Notes: generated by a model from the letters alone, not told the origin. 41,333 nt of DNA from an uncultured archaeon (GCA_964534625.1 CAZHRF010000029.1:1-41333), one strand, 5' to 3'. Positions 1 through 9,961 are shown, counted from the first letter of the stretch. Numbers and translations are program-made.

Positions 1-2
1 CT

Positions 3-278
3 GTAACGTTCTTGCATGTTCTATCTTACAGGAAAAAAGTTTGGGGATGCATTGGGCTAGGACTGACCTTTTGTAACGCAGATTTACGAACCTATCGTGA
101 CTACTTTAACTTTTGCCGCCCTCACCAGGGTATTGACTTATTGACTCCTGGTGAAAGATTTATGAACCTCCCACCCAAAGATATTGTACTCAAAAGTGTA
201 ACCGATCTTATTGAGTTAACAAGGAATATGAAAAGACGAGTGATGGTAAAATCACTTAAACAGTTTTACCAACCATAA
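3..278 (+). mobile_element. C-terminal part of a DDE integrase-core transposase (IS481/IS3-like); frame open to the window edge, possibly a remnant
   Basis: YRDYFNFCRPHQGIDLLTPGERF matches the Y..YYN..RPH.(S/G)L...TP motif that ends rve-type integrase cores. Possible element end near 313-335 (ttggacaaatagttgtattgac). Confidence 0.7.
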
Positions 279-432
279 GGCACCTCTCCATTTCTATAAC
301 CATCAACTAAACTTTGGACAAATAGTTGTATTGACTTTGTTTGTTAGCTAAAAGATATTTAGAGAAAAATCGATAATATAATTGTCATAATGTGGTGGGG
401 GATAAGGAGAGAGAAGGGACTACCTAAAACAA

Positions 433-672
433 TTATCTGATGAAGTTAAAATGTATCCATAGTTCATAGGTTTCATAAAACGGATTAGGACTTGGCGAGT
501 TATATTCCTCCCATAAGCTAGGTTTATCATCTTGCACATTACTATAATCAACCATCCTAGGCGCATATTTTATCAATTCACCATAGTAATTGATAGTATC
601 AGCTATTTTGTCTAGTACTTTTTAATTTTCATACGATGATTGCTCTATTATTCCTTCATCATACAATTTACT
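433..672 (-). pseudogene. Possible degraded gene fragment of unknown origin
   Basis: 80-codon protein-like frame (SKLYDEGIIEQSSYEN*KVLDKIADTINYYGELIKYAPRMVDY...) with one in-frame TAA at 622-624 and no start; family not recognised. Confidence 0.25.
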
Positions 673-686
673 TTAAAAGAAAGTTT

Positions 687-912
687 CTACCTGGACAGGA
701 AGGAATTCTAACTCGATGTTTTGTCCGCATGGTAATAGATTTTTGGTTCTGACAGACAGATTTTTGGTTCTGGGGTATTCAGACTTAGGAGGTCAAACTA
801 AGCCAGAAAATTCCTAAAGGGGTTCTAAAGGGTTCAACCTATAACAATCTTATTCCATACGGGAATAAAAGTTACATCGGAATGCTTTCGCCACTTCCTG
901 TCCAGTTTGTAG
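687..912 (-). ncRNA. Candidate structured non-coding RNA (unassigned); alternatively a MITE-like element
   Basis: Perfect 12-bp closing helix 691-702/894-905. Internal hairpins at 841-875 and 782-804 contain G-U pairs only on the minus strand. GCGAAAGC GNRA loop at 884-891. Upstream BRE-TATA at 960-973. Confidence 0.55.
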
Positions 913-959
913 CTTTTTTTATAGTCCTTTGGAATCTTCCTCTTACTTTTCTCTTTTTC

Positions 960-973
960 TTATATAAACTTTC
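960..973 (-). promoter_or_regulatory. Archaeal BRE-TATA promoter facing the structured element
   Basis: Minus strand reads gaaag-TTTATATAA: a purine-rich BRE directly followed by a TATA box. Confidence 0.5.
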
Positions 974-1049
974 TTACTTTTTTACTACCTAAGTTTTTCA
1001 GTTATATATTGTAATTACCCCTTTATATATGTAGTGAATCTCTCATCAT

Positions 1050-1775
1050 CTAAAGATGTGATTCTCTTGTTTTTTCTATTGCTTCTTGTCTAATTATTTC
1101 CCTGCTTTCACTTATTTTGTCTTCTATTTTTGTTTCTATATCGACAAACAATTCTTCGTCAAATTCGAATGAAAATATTTTTGCTAATGCTTTAACTAGT
1201 TTTCGTGATGTTTTATATGCTGGTTCTTGGGGGTTACATTCTCCAAGTATCGCGAATGCTCGTTTAAATCCTTTTTTTTCACATAATGCTAATGTTTCAA
1301 CATACGATCCATAGATTACTCCTTCTTCAAGAATATCTATATCATGTTTTTGTACCAGTTCAAGCATCTCTTTGCTATATGATACAGCCAAGGTATTTGG
1401 GTCGTCTACATGGTTCTGTTTTGATGGTATCCCTCCAACAGGTATTATATAGGCTACTTCATTTTTTATATAAAAAGAGACAAGGTTTTCTACAAACTCA
1501 CCTAGATCTTCATAGGGTATAGGCACTTCAGATATCATTATTGCCATTTTTTCAGATTCTAATATTCTAATAGCATGCTCAATGAGCCCTTTTTTTACTA
1601 TTGCTACGGGTGGTACTGCATCTGTTTGAATTATTGCCACTTCTTCCATCCTTAAGCTTTTTATTAAAAACGAACTAATTATCGATCCTATGCCTCCAGA
1701 TCCCGTGAACAACTGGATTATAGGCTTGTTTTTTAGTGAATACTCTTTTTTTACTATGTGTATTGAAAACGTCAT
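1050..1775 (-). CDS. PAC2-family proteasome assembly chaperone (PbaA/PbaB-like)
   Basis: FTGSGGIGSI (GFPG.G.VG-like), IIPVGGIP, EEGVIYG, AILGEC..QEP motifs; helical C-terminus. Confidence 0.85.
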   Translation of the reverse strand: MTFSIHIVKKEYSLKNKPIIQLFTGSGGIGSIISSFLIKSLRMEEVAIIQTDAVPPVAIVKKGLIEHAIRILESEKMAIMISEVPIPYEDLGEFVENLVSFYIKNEVAYIIPVGGIPSKQNHVDDPNTLAVSYSKEMLELVQKHDIDILEEGVIYGSYVETLALCEKKGFKRAFAILGECNPQEPAYKTSRKLVKALAKIFSFEFDEELFVDIETKIEDKISESREIIRQEAIEKTRESHL

Positions 1776-3649
1776 TTATCTCTTCCTCTTTTTGTTCTTT
1801 TTCTTAGTATGGTTCCAATAGTTATTGCGCTTATTACACTTGTTATAGCAATTGGGTTTTGTTCTATCGTTTCTCTATTGAAAAAATCACCTACGTCAAA
1901 TCCTGCTTGGTACAAATATTCCATAGATTTTGTTATATTTGGTTCATATTTTATTACATTTTCATGGTAATATTCTCCAAAATATCTTGAAAGCGGTGTG
2001 TCGGTAATATTGTAGAGAGAATCATGATAGTTATTTAAATACGCTTTATCAATTGCGTGAGAAATAGCTTTTCTTACAGCAAGCCCTCGTGAGATGTTTT
2101 CAACTCCAGTATTATTGTAGACTATATTTGATCCAAGTACAGGATGATCTAAATTTATTGCCAAAAATATTATGGAATTTTCCAACACTGAATCTGTCTT
2201 TAATTGATTTTTATATTCATCATCAAAAACTGCTGCTGTAGGATCATTTCCCAAATCTACTAAATCTAATTTACCCGTTTGTAATTCTAATTTTAATGAA
2301 TACAGTTCCCCAAATGTATGGACTATCACCCGTTCAATGTTTAGTTCAGCTGGTTCAGTATCTAGTACTCCATGTCCATGCCATTTGTCAAATTTAAAAA
2401 ATTGTGCAGTCAATCCTATCTCTGTATTTTTAAAATCCAACCTATATTTACCAGTTCCAAAAGGATTTTGAGCATAATCATTCCATTTTTCAGTTCCTCT
2501 TATATTTCCAGATGAATGATTTAGATAAAATTCTGGGAATGGATAAATAGATAAATCTTCTAATGCATGTGCATAATATTCGTTTTCTGGTGTTTCTGGG
2601 TTGGCATCAATGTATATATCAATAGCCGTTTCATTATATTCTTCATATGATTTAATCCATTTCAACAAACTAGCATCATTATTGATTGTTGAATTAGTCA
2701 TCAAGTCTAAGGTGAAGAGTACGTCTTTTGTCGTAAAAGGTTGATCAATGTAAGTGTTAGCTTTATTTGGTTGCCAATAAACATTATGGCGGATATTTAC
2801 TCTTAGCGTTGTATCATTAACATATTCCCAGCTTTTAATGAGCCCATGGTTTGTCACTTCCGATTGATGTTTCAAGTGAACTAATTTATCCATCATTAAT
2901 GAGATCAATAATTTTTCAGAAGCTGTTCTCATGGTCAATTGATTCAAGTCTGACCACTTACCTATACCTATATTCAAATTTGATGTGTTTTCTTGTCCTT
3001 GTCGTTGTTCGAAAGACATATAGGGTAAACTATCTGATAAACCTAGTTCTGCTTCAAATCCAGCAAGATTATACCAATAAACATAAGTTCTGATAGGTGT
3101 AAATAAGGGAATCATAGGAACAATATTTTCCATTATATGATTTTGAACCTCATGGTAAAGTTCTATACGTTTTGTTTTGTTCTTTTCTTGTACAGCCTCT
3201 GCTCGTCTAGCATTAGTGTATCCATCATCCATTTCATCCTTAAAATTAAATATATTTAAACTGGCATTTTCAGTAAAGAAAAACTCCAGATGGGGAGAAT
3301 TCGCTTCTTCAACTTTCAGTAAAGCTAAGTCGTAATTTCTATTATATACCACTGTATCAAGAAATGTAGCATAATCCATTGATCTACTTGAACTTTTGAT
3401 ACCTATATTACCCATAGCCTGAATAATCTCCCCCGCATACTCTTCATAAAAACTAGGTTCCAATTGCCCTCGTTCATAATAGCGCAGTTCTATGGAAAAC
3501 AAGGCATCTCTAGTAGAAGGTAAACGAACGAATAAGGGGATTATAAAAAAACTTGTAACAAAGAATAATCCTAGAAACACATAAAACATCATTTTTACAG
3601 TATTCTTATCTACTGTTTGGAATTTAGATTGTTTTTCTTTACTGCTCAT
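1772..3649 (-). CDS. ABC transporter substrate-binding protein, family 5 (DppA/OppA-like), circularly permuted, with N- and C-terminal TM segments
   Basis: GLIKSWEY..DTTLRVNIR..V.W, FTTKDVLFT, PFGTGKY, RKAISHAIDK and KRIELYHEVQ...PMIPL motifs. Stop overlaps the PAC2 start. Confidence 0.85.
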   Translation of the reverse strand: MSSKEKQSKFQTVDKNTVKMMFYVFLGLFFVTSFFIIPLFVRLPSTRDALFSIELRYYERGQLEPSFYEEYAGEIIQAMGNIGIKSSSRSMDYATFLDTVVYNRNYDLALLKVEEANSPHLEFFFTENASLNIFNFKDEMDDGYTNARRAEAVQEKNKTKRIELYHEVQNHIMENIVPMIPLFTPIRTYVYWYNLAGFEAELGLSDSLPYMSFEQRQGQENTSNLNIGIGKWSDLNQLTMRTASEKLLISLMMDKLVHLKHQSEVTNHGLIKSWEYVNDTTLRVNIRHNVYWQPNKANTYIDQPFTTKDVLFTLDLMTNSTINNDASLLKWIKSYEEYNETAIDIYIDANPETPENEYYAHALEDLSIYPFPEFYLNHSSGNIRGTEKWNDYAQNPFGTGKYRLDFKNTEIGLTAQFFKFDKWHGHGVLDTEPAELNIERVIVHTFGELYSLKLELQTGKLDLVDLGNDPTAAVFDDEYKNQLKTDSVLENSIIFLAINLDHPVLGSNIVYNNTGVENISRGLAVRKAISHAIDKAYLNNYHDSLYNITDTPLSRYFGEYYHENVIKYEPNITKSMEYLYQAGFDVGDFFNRETIEQNPIAITSVISAITIGTILRKRTKRGRDK

Positions 3650-3839
3650 AAATATTCACTAATGAACATCTTGTACTCACGTTTATATTTGTTCACATAG
3701 GATAAGAAAACTGATATACAATAGTTTAAACAAAGAAACCACAAATTCATAGTTAAAGATATTCTTGTTTATTTTTTCTACTTATTTTGTTGTTAGAAAC
3801 ACGTATATATATGTACTCCAATATATTTATGGGAAAAAA

Positions 3840-5024
3840 ATGAATGAATTAAAACAAGCTATTATTCAATCAGCTAAAAAAATTGAAGAGTATATCATAC
3901 AAACTAGAAGACATATTCACAAACATCCTGAAACCAGCTTTGAAGAAGAAAAAACAGCCACGTTTATAGAAGAAGAACTAACAAAGATAGGTCTAGAACC
4001 TATTAGAATAGCTAAAACAGGTATTATGTGTATTATAGAAGGGAAATCAGGGGATGGTACTATTGCTCTCAGAGCTGACATTGATGCTTTGAACATACAA
4101 GAAGAAAATGAGAAGGAATACAAAAGTCAGAATCCAGGAAAAATGCACGCATGTGGTCATGATGGTCATACCGCTGCACTTCTTGGAGCAGCACATGTTC
4201 TCGTGCAGTTTAAAGATAAAATCAAGGGAAAGATTAAACTTATTTTTCAACCAGCAGAAGAAGGGGGTGGTGGGGGAAAAATAATAGTTGATGAAGGACA
4301 TCTTAATGATGTTGATGAAATTTTTGGTATTCATTTATGGCAAGAATTACCAGCAGGGACTATCGGGCTACGAAAAGGCGGGTTCCTAGCTTCGGCAGAT
4401 GAATTTACCATTACCATCACAGGGAAGGGAGGCCATGCAGCTAGTCCTCATCTTTCTATTGATCCTACCTCGGTTTTAATCGATATATATAATGCACTCC
4501 AAAAATTAATCTCTCGAGAGATCAACCCATTTGCAGATGTAGTACTTACCACACCCGTGTTAATTGGTAGTGACGCGTTCAATGTTATTCCCACCAAAGC
4601 AGCTATTAAAGGGACATTAAGAACATATGACTCTGAAATTCGTTCCTATATTCTAGAAAGAATGGAAACAATTATCAAAGGATATGCAAAAGCTTGGAGA
4701 TGTACAGGGGGAATGACATTAGACAAGATTTCTTACCCACCACTAATTAATCATGATGAAAGCGTAGATAAAGCAAAAAAAATCCTTTCGGAATTGGATG
4801 AGGTCCAATCTGTTGATCCTAGTCTAGGAGGAGAAGATTTTGCTTTTTATTTACAAAAAACAAAAGGTGCTTTTCTTGCTTTGGGTATCAAAAATGAAGA
4901 AAAAGGAGTAGGTCTATATCCACACCATCACCCTAAATTTGACATTGATGAAGAAGTTTTATGGAAAGCTACTGCAATATATAGTCTACTTGGACTCTCT
5001 AATACATTCATCAAAAGCGAATAA
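3840..5024 (+). CDS. M20D-family amidohydrolase/carboxypeptidase
   Basis: RRHIHKHPETSFEE, ALRADIDAL, MHACGHDGH, FQPAEEG, GKGGHA, GEDFAFY, HHHPKFD. Start moved to ATG 3840. Confidence 0.93.
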   Translation: MNELKQAIIQSAKKIEEYIIQTRRHIHKHPETSFEEEKTATFIEEELTKIGLEPIRIAKTGIMCIIEGKSGDGTIALRADIDALNIQEENEKEYKSQNPGKMHACGHDGHTAALLGAAHVLVQFKDKIKGKIKLIFQPAEEGGGGGKIIVDEGHLNDVDEIFGIHLWQELPAGTIGLRKGGFLASADEFTITITGKGGHAASPHLSIDPTSVLIDIYNALQKLISREINPFADVVLTTPVLIGSDAFNVIPTKAAIKGTLRTYDSEIRSYILERMETIIKGYAKAWRCTGGMTLDKISYPPLINHDESVDKAKKILSELDEVQSVDPSLGGEDFAFYLQKTKGAFLALGIKNEEKGVGLYPHHHPKFDIDEEVLWKATAIYSLLGLSNTFIKSE

Positions 5025-5036
5025 AAATAAAGTATA

Positions 5037-5459
5037 TTAATCCTCAAGAATAATTCCAAATGCAAAGTTTCCACTTGGAACAAAGGTCGCTCCTTGTTTA
5101 ACAAAACCCATACCCGTACCTAAAGATGATTTGGGAAGGCATAAAGTGCCCTCCAAGACTGTTAAGGTAACAGAAACTTTTTTTTCTACTTTTTTTACAT
5201 TGGGTAATAAAATGTAATATTCTTGTTTATTTTCAGCAATTTGAATTGTTTTCTCTTGTATGACTTTATTATCTATAGTTAGTGTTATGCTACTTTTAAT
5301 AATTTCTTGTTTTGTTTCACCAAAAGTAACTCGAAATGCACAGCCTCGAATTCCTTTTTTGAACAATACTCCCGCAAACACTTGTTTTACTTGATCTTTT
5401 GGAACTAATCTAATAGTTTTTTCCCCTGTTGATCCTTCTATACTCCATAAAATATTCAT
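5037..5459 (-). CDS. Hypothetical protein (~140 aa, beta-rich)
   Basis: Coding-like only from MNILWSIEG (ATG 5459); the ORF-track extension upstream is low-complexity intergenic sequence. Confidence 0.6.
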   Translation of the reverse strand: MNILWSIEGSTGEKTIRLVPKDQVKQVFAGVLFKKGIRGCAFRVTFGETKQEIIKSSITLTIDNKVIQEKTIQIAENKQEYYILLPNVKKVEKKVSVTLTVLEGTLCLPKSSLGTGMGFVKQGATFVPSGNFAFGIILED

Positions 5460-5688
5460 TATTACGCATCTCAATATGGAAATTAATTCCTCAAATATAT
5501 CTTTTTTTGCATACAGATAATAAAACATATTATAAAATGCAATTAAAAATTGACACATAGAAAAAAACAAAAGGAGAATCGTATAAGTCTCTTTAATTGA
5601 CTTTAAAAAAGGAATTATTGACTTGATATCGTTCCACAATGTATAGGGTAAACTTTTTAATATACAATGATAAAACAATATACATGTC

Positions 5689-5709
5689 ATACGTATGTTA
5701 CATACGTAT
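5689..5709. promoter_or_regulatory. 21-bp palindrome, candidate operator upstream of pgk
   Basis: atacgtatgt-t-acatacgtat with perfect 10-bp arms, in a divergent intergenic region. Confidence 0.45.
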
Positions 5710-5811
5710 CAATTAATCAAATAATTCCAAAGGGTTCCACTAGGTGCTTAAATGTTAATTAAAGAAACCTCTAAAAAACAAAAATACAAACCAAAGAATT
5801 TTTCACAGATT

Positions 5812-7032
5812 ATGCGATTCAAAAATAAAGAGTCTATTACCGATATTGACGTCCGAAATGAAAAAATATTGCTTAGAGTAGATTTTAATGTTCCAATTGA
5901 TGAAAATGGGAATATTACTGATGATCGAAGGATTAGGTATACTCTGCCAACACTCTATTTTTTGTTGAATGAAAACTGCAGCATCATCATAGTTTCGCAT
6001 TTAGGTCGCCCCAAAGGTAAAGTTCAGGACAAATATCGTTTAGATCCCATAGTTAAGCGCCTTAAAGAGCTTCTCCCCTTTTACAAAATATTCAAAGCCA
6101 ATGACTGTATTGGAAAAGAGGTAGAGGAACTAGCAAATAATCTCAAACCAAAACAGATATTAGTATTGGAAAATCCTCGATTTCACAAAGAAGAAAAAGC
6201 ATGCGATGCAGAATTTTCCAAAAAACTAGCTAGTTTAGCTGATATATATATTAATGATGCCTTTGCTACAGCCCACCGAAAACACGCCACAACATATGGT
6301 GTGTGCAAATACATGGGAGAAAACGGGTATGGTTTTCTAATGGAGAAAGAAATGAAGTTTTTATCACATTATTTAAGCAGACCAAAAAGACCCTTTTCAG
6401 TAATCTTAGGAGGGGCTAAAGTTGCTGATAAGTTAGAAGTCATTGATTATTTGATAGGTCTGGTAGATAATATTCTAATTGGGGGGGGTATGGCATACAC
6501 GTTCTTAGAAGCCCAAGGTTATTCAATTGGTAAATCTATGTGTGACGTTTCCAAAGTTCAACAAGTGAAAGAATTCTTGAAAACAGCAAAAGAAAATGGG
6601 ACGCGTATATATGTACCTAAAGATGTAGTGGTATGTAATAGTTTTCAAGATATTGACACTATCGAGGTTGTTCCTATTACTGATATCCCAGAAAACAAAA
6701 TGGGTGTTGACATTGGTTATGAAACTATTGCAGAGTATCAAAATGTGTTAAAAGATTCCAAACAAGTAATTTGGAATGGTCCCATGGGTATATTTGAGAT
6801 AGAAGAATTTGAAACTGGAACACGGGAGATTGCCAAACATCTTATTGAATATAAAATATTTACAATAATTGGTGGAGGCGATTCTGCTGCTGCATTTGAA
6901 AAATTCGGTTTTGACGAGGATGTTTCTTTTATTTCAACTGGTGGAGGCGCAAGTTTAGAAGTTATGAAAGGAAAGTCTTTGCCATCGATCGAGTGTTTAA
7001 CAGATAAAACACCAGACATAATATACGAATAA
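5812..7032 (+). CDS. pgk: Phosphoglycerate kinase
   Basis: LRVDFNVP, SHLGRPKG, LENPRF, NDAFATAHR, LGGAKVADK, WNGPMGIFE, GGGDS, ISTGGGASLE. Start ATG 5812 (alternative 5752). Confidence 0.97.
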   Translation: MRFKNKESITDIDVRNEKILLRVDFNVPIDENGNITDDRRIRYTLPTLYFLLNENCSIIIVSHLGRPKGKVQDKYRLDPIVKRLKELLPFYKIFKANDCIGKEVEELANNLKPKQILVLENPRFHKEEKACDAEFSKKLASLADIYINDAFATAHRKHATTYGVCKYMGENGYGFLMEKEMKFLSHYLSRPKRPFSVILGGAKVADKLEVIDYLIGLVDNILIGGGMAYTFLEAQGYSIGKSMCDVSKVQQVKEFLKTAKENGTRIYVPKDVVVCNSFQDIDTIEVVPITDIPENKMGVDIGYETIAEYQNVLKDSKQVIWNGPMGIFEIEEFETGTREIAKHLIEYKIFTIIGGGDSAAAFEKFGFDEDVSFISTGGGASLEVMKGKSLPSIECLTDKTPDIIYE

Positions 7033-7123
7033 AAACAATTATCTCTCGCATTATGATGATAAGGGTTACTGGGTCTTTTTGAACCTAATAACTACACCCT
7101 TTTTTCTTGTTTTTCATACATTT

Positions 7124-8695
7124 CTACAAAAGAAAAACCATTAATCCAGCAACTATTGTCCCAACAAGTATCGCAAGTAAATTGATTATATCATTTTTTA
7201 TCCATTTCACACCTGAATAATATTCTGTTTCTTTTGTACAATGAATTGGTTTTTCTGTTATTTTTTTACATATTGTGCACTTATTCAATTTTTGTATTGT
7301 ACAAGCAAAAATACTATCAAAATAAGACCCTATGAATCCCCCTATTCCTCCTATAACTATAATAATCCAACTTTTTTCAGGTAAAAGGGAGTATGTATCA
7401 ATGAAACTAACAATCCACCCTACAAAGCCTATTAATGTTGCGCCTAGAAAAGAAGCGGCCAAACCTACCAATGAAACACCACCAGGTGACCCCTTTTCTA
7501 CAATAGTCCATGGTTTTAAAGCCAACCTCGGTTTTTCTTTGGACATAGCCCCTATTTCGGTTCCTAGTGTATCAGCAAGACTTGTTGCCAAAGCGCCTGC
7601 TGTCATAATTGTAATTATAGGATCCCGTATCAGAACGCCTAACAATGCCAAAATTGCAGGAATAAAACTATTAACCATCGCTTGCACACTATCTCTTGCA
7701 GTATCACCTTTTTCATACTCTTCTGTTATTTTTTTCTTTTTTGTTTTACCCACAAAAGTAAAAAACGATCCAACTACAAAAAACGTGATATACATAGCAC
7801 CCCAAGACCATGAACCCAACCCTAAAATCAACACCCCAAAGTAAAATCCCGCAATCGCCCCATCCCATGTTAAAGCTTTAAATATAATTCCTAAAATGGC
7901 TAAAATCAACCCTATAGCTAATCCAGCTATAATAGCATAGAGAGAAAGAAATTCATTCAAATTAGCCAAATCCCCATCAAAAAGGCTATGTAAACCAAAC
8001 AGCACCAATGCATTACCAGCAGGTACAGCTAAGTTATCAAACCCTTTTGGAGTAATGGCTTCAATTACCGCAGTAAGAAAACCAGTGAGTAATCCAAGGT
8101 AAATAGAGACAGCCAGTGTTCTTTGTAAGATCAGACAGGCGATTGAAACTGAGCCAAAAGTCGAAAATGCTGCAGCCCAACTCCCCAATAGACTTTTTGT
8201 ACCTCCAAAGATAGTATATGCTTTATCATGACCAAATTTAGATCCCACAACAGCACTAACCCCATCTCCCCATACTAATGGCAAAAATGAGCAAATCAAA
8301 ATAACATTATGTTGATCAAGGGGAGCAGCATTAAAGAAAATAGCTGTCAATATAGTTAATGCCAGGGCATAATATACCGTTCCATACGTATGTCCATTTT
8401 CTATGCTCTTCAAACGAAACTGTTTGATTGGAGATCCTGGGCATGTAAAGTAGGTAAAGAAAATAAAAAAAGTTGGACCGATTAATGCTGTCCAAACATT
8501 TGTGAACATAAAGGGAAAGCCAATTACAACATTACCTACACTAAGATGAACGATCTTTCGTGTAACTTGACCTTCAATAATGTCTTTCCTTTTTAAAATC
8601 TCTGCAATAAATAAAACAAGTAAAACAAAAAGAAATAATATAAGTAGTGAGAAAATATCTTTTGGAGTAAAAATATTACTAATATTAACGATCAT
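7124..8695 (-). CDS. Membrane fusion: SEC59/DGK1/VTE5-type CTP-dependent polyprenol kinase plus DUF92 (VTE6/TMEM19) domain
   Basis: N-half: RKIVH, WGDGVSAVVG, KSLLGS, EAITPKGFDNL. C-half: LTWDGA, RDSVQAMVN, ADTLGTEIG, GGVSLVG, CTIC..HC, NDIINL. Confidence 0.85.
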   Translation of the reverse strand: MIVNISNIFTPKDIFSLLILFLFVLLVLFIAEILKRKDIIEGQVTRKIVHLSVGNVVIGFPFMFTNVWTALIGPTFFIFFTYFTCPGSPIKQFRLKSIENGHTYGTVYYALALTILTAIFFNAAPLDQHNVILICSFLPLVWGDGVSAVVGSKFGHDKAYTIFGGTKSLLGSWAAAFSTFGSVSIACLILQRTLAVSIYLGLLTGFLTAVIEAITPKGFDNLAVPAGNALVLFGLHSLFDGDLANLNEFLSLYAIIAGLAIGLILAILGIIFKALTWDGAIAGFYFGVLILGLGSWSWGAMYITFFVVGSFFTFVGKTKKKKITEEYEKGDTARDSVQAMVNSFIPAILALLGVLIRDPIITIMTAGALATSLADTLGTEIGAMSKEKPRLALKPWTIVEKGSPGGVSLVGLAASFLGATLIGFVGWIVSFIDTYSLLPEKSWIIIVIGGIGGFIGSYFDSIFACTIQKLNKCTICKKITEKPIHCTKETEYYSGVKWIKNDIINLLAILVGTIVAGLMVFLL

Positions 8696-8785
8696 AAAGC
8701 CACCATCTTTGATTTAAATATTCTTGGTCTCCCTATAAAAGGCATTTATTAAATCTTTTCAAAATTAGAGTATGATATACACCTC

Positions 8786-9961
8786 TTACAATATTTGCGA
8801 ATATATTTTCTCTAATCTTTTTCCAATAACATCATAATCAAATTCTTTCATTGCATACTCTTTTATTGTAATGAAAAGTTTCCTTTGATATTCTTTGTCT
8901 TCTATGAACCTTAATATTTTTTCGACTAGTTTTTCTTGTTTACCTACTGGATAAAGACAATCGGAATTTTCAGGTACTATCTCATTATATGGTGAAATAT
9001 CAGAAGCAAAAACAGGTAATCCCGTTGACATCGCCTCAATTATAGGACTGCCCAAACTCCCCTCTTTTGAAGGATAAGCTAATAAATCACTTGTATGATA
9101 TGCAAGTTTTAATTCAAAATCATTAATATAACCAGTGATACTTGTATTTTCCTCTATTTCCCATTCCACTACTTTTTCTTTGATCTTTGGTAATTGAGGA
9201 CCCTCACCTACCAACAAAAATTGTACATCACTTTCATTTCTAAGAATAATAGGTAAAATTTCCAATATCTCTAATTGTCCTTTTCGAGGAATAAAGGGAC
9301 CAATTAACATTAATGTAGTTTTTTGTGATTTAAGAGCATATTTTTCTCTAAACATCTCTATATCTTCTAATCGAGGTAATTTAGCATAGACTTTACAATT
9401 TATTGAGGGGGGTATGACATGTAATTTTTTTTGAAATTCTTGTTTATCTAATCCTAGCTTATGCTCTACATATTTTGAGGGTACTAAAAGTTTTTCAGCT
9501 CTTTTAAGCAGATTTTTTCTCCATAAAAACCATCGAATTGGAGGATTAAGAGAAACAACTATAGGTTGATGAATTTTTCCCCGTTTTTTCGCTTTTAAAA
9601 ATGAGATAGCAGAAAAGTCTATTGCATGAATCAATGAGAAATTTATTTTTTCATTTAGCTCATAGAAATGCTTTAACGCTAGATTAGAAAAATGCCTGCA
9701 ATCTCGAACTATTGTGCCTTTTCTTCTTCGAAAATATCCTCTCCCTTCTTTTCTTTTCGGTAGCTCATAAAAATGAACGTTAGGTAAGTCAAGTAATGGT
9801 TCATCTTTGTCCATTTTATGTGTTGTAGCAATATGTAACTCTATATCTTTCGATGCTAAGGATCTGACCATTGAATAACCATAACGTCTTGTACCAGCCA
9901 ACGAACCAACATAGGGCGAACCCATTTCAATAGCCAATACATATACTGTTATAGTCATCAA
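8786..9961 (-). CDS. Glycosyltransferase family 4 (GT-B)
   Basis: GPFIPRKG, LVGEGP, YPSKEGSLGSPIIEAMSTGLPVFASD. Confidence 0.9.
   Translation of the reverse strand: MMTITVYVLAIEMGSPYVGSLAGTRRYGYSMVRSLASKDIELHIATTHKMDKDEPLLDLPNVHFYELPKRKEGRGYFRRRKGTIVRDCRHFSNLALKHFYELNEKINFSLIHAIDFSAISFLKAKKRGKIHQPIVVSLNPPIRWFLWRKNLLKRAEKLLVPSKYVEHKLGLDKQEFQKKLHVIPPSINCKVYAKLPRLEDIEMFREKYALKSQKTTLMLIGPFIPRKGQLEILEILPIILRNESDVQFLLVGEGPQLPKIKEKVVEWEIEENTSITGYINDFELKLAYHTSDLLAYPSKEGSLGSPIIEAMSTGLPVFASDISPYNEIVPENSDCLYPVGKQEKLVEKILRFIEDKEYQRKLFITIKEYAMKEFDYDVIGKRLEKIYSQIL

Noticed and set aside
738-767. Two GAUUUUUGG matches to the eukaryotic Sm site, suggesting an snRNA-like RNA
   Set aside because: They are on the plus strand, whereas G-U pairs, the GNRA loop and the BRE-TATA all favour minus-strand transcription. 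Revisit only if RNA-seq shows a plus-strand RNA.
687-912. RNase P or SRP RNA identity (ACAAAAC...GUUA resembles RNase P CR-V)
   Set aside because: No GAGGAAAGUCC-type CR-I, no P2/P3 before the pairing strand (so no P4 pseudoknot), and no SRP helix-8 motif.
5067-5081. ORB-like gtttccacttggaac
   Set aside because: Single imperfect copy inside a coding region, with no cdc6/orc1 nearby.
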